DNA from: Eledone cirrhosa
Lineage: Eukaryota
NCBI GenBank assembly: GCA_964016885.1
Contig: OZ024749.1
Location: forward strand, 42,718,001 to 42,782,000
DNA length: 64,000 nucleotides
Reading direction: 5' to 3'
In this document: piece after piece, positions 60,557 through 64,000 of the stretch
Numbering within the stretch: the first letter of the stretch is position 1
Layout: the number at the start of each line of letters is the position of its first letter
Position numbers and translations under genes: made by a program
Notes under the pieces: generated by a model
Databases searched by the model: none
What the model saw: the letters and a program-made list of their open reading frames with translations, nothing else
Told to the model about the DNA's origin: nothing

Positions 60557-61117
60557 CTTAGGTGGTTTCACAACCTTTAGTTAACTATGATTGAGAATAC
60601 TTGTCAAAATTATTTCAGCTGAAGCCACCCTCGAAAGCTTCTCGCCTTGCACACGTCTCATACAGCCAAATGTTAGACATAGGCACATCCTGTTTACTTC
60701 GATTTACTTCGAATGAAACACGAAAGAAAATTACTGATATTGAATTTAAGATGACTTAGAAACACAAACTGCATATCCAGTGTGATATATTTACAATTTC
60801 CAGTTTCGAATTCTGAGAAATTATTCACGAAAAAACTGATGTTTTCTACTGATCTCTAGCTATCATGATACATCCAACTTCGGTGGAGAGAAAATACCAA
60901 TTTCAGGTGTGACTTATCTACAATTTCTACCTTGAGCTTCTGGGAACTCATACGTAGAGAAAAGCAAACCTTCCCCCACAAAACAAATATGACGATTTTT
61001 ATTGATTAAAACACTGCTTCTATTCTACCTTCTGTTCTTTCAAACGTGCGGCAATGCGACAATTTCTGGAGTGATGGAGAATCTTATGCAGATTCACCAA
61101 TGAAAGTTTTTTAAGAC

Positions 61118-61315
61118 ATCCTCTTCGCCCACTTATTCCTGAGAGGGTCGTGTAGGCAGAGTCCTCAAACACTCCTTGCAGGGGTTCCTGTCAAAACCAA
61201 CCGTCTCCAACTAATACAGCTGGATCCCCAAGCGTGGCCAGCCGAGTTCATGGATGTTACCCAACCATCTTGCTCGGGGTCTACCTCTGGGTCTCTTGCC
61301 GGTTGGTTTTGCCCA
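61118..61315 (-). mobile_element. RTE-clade LINE 3' end
   Basis: Revcomp homologous to 43229-43418. Confidence 0.8.
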
Positions 61316-62017
61316 ACCTTTTAAGACTGAAATTTAAAATAAATTATTCTTTTATTTTATCATACTCATTGTCTGAACTGCTATGTCATTTAAAATAATA
61401 TCATTACAGTTACTTTAGTACTGAAAATAGGTCCCTTATCACCAGGGTTGTTGCCTACATGTAACCAAACTGAAAGCATGTCGTGATAACTAACAAAAGA
61501 CTATAGGCTTTTTGGTTATCACTAATCTCGTGGGGTGCTGTCTCCATGGCCGATATAGTTAATATGGACATTACCAGGGCCATTTATATAGTCGTAAACA
61601 TGTTTAACCGCTTTTATTTGCAGCAGTAATAATTAGCAACCAATGTTAGATTATCTTGAAATATTTAGACCAATCATTTCCTAAGCTGTCTCTTGAGAGA
61701 AAGAGGTTGATTTGTCCCAGATATATTGGAAACAACATATTAGACGCTTCTACAACGAAACCATTGAGATTTACACAGAAATGCCGGCAGAGACGTTCAT
61801 TGATACACACGTTCACGTACACACATACATACACACACACACACACGCGTACACATACACTCACACACACACACACACACGTACACATACACTGACACAG
61901 CCACACAGCCACACAGAAATATATATCCTCACAGACACATGTACATACACATATACATAGCATAAAGAGAAACACACATATATACAGACACACAGTCACA
62001 GACACACAAACACACAT

Positions 62018-64000
<1,983 letters not shown>

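Overview
Very AT-rich, microsatellite-saturated non-coding animal DNA; the SINE/MITE/RTE repertoire and (TA)n density resemble octopus (coleoid cephalopod) genomes, which is an inference. No convincing protein-coding gene is present, and nearly all long ORFs in the track are translations of (TA)n/(CA)n. Ordinary content: tRNA-derived SINEs (two or three families), Tc1/mariner and hAT MITEs, RTE-clade LINE fragments, and mini/microsatellites. The main signal is a dense population of about 30 short insertions from more than 10 mutually unalignable families, sitting in (TA)n tracts. They usually have a head-to-head inverted architecture with 3' ends pointing outward and carry minimal type-I hammerhead ribozyme (HHR) motifs with palindromic stem III, which fits pLTR remnants of Penelope-like retroelements (PLEs). 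Read by eye, they show three further regularities: (i) a shared ACTC..GAGT (covarying GCTC..GAGC) tail stem-loop, with the short inverted arm usually ending about 3-15 nt upstream of it; (ii) two independent U3-A8 compensatory core variants; (iii) templated junction insertions and a reiterated terminus. All structures and coordinates were derived by manual reading and are approximate to a few nt.
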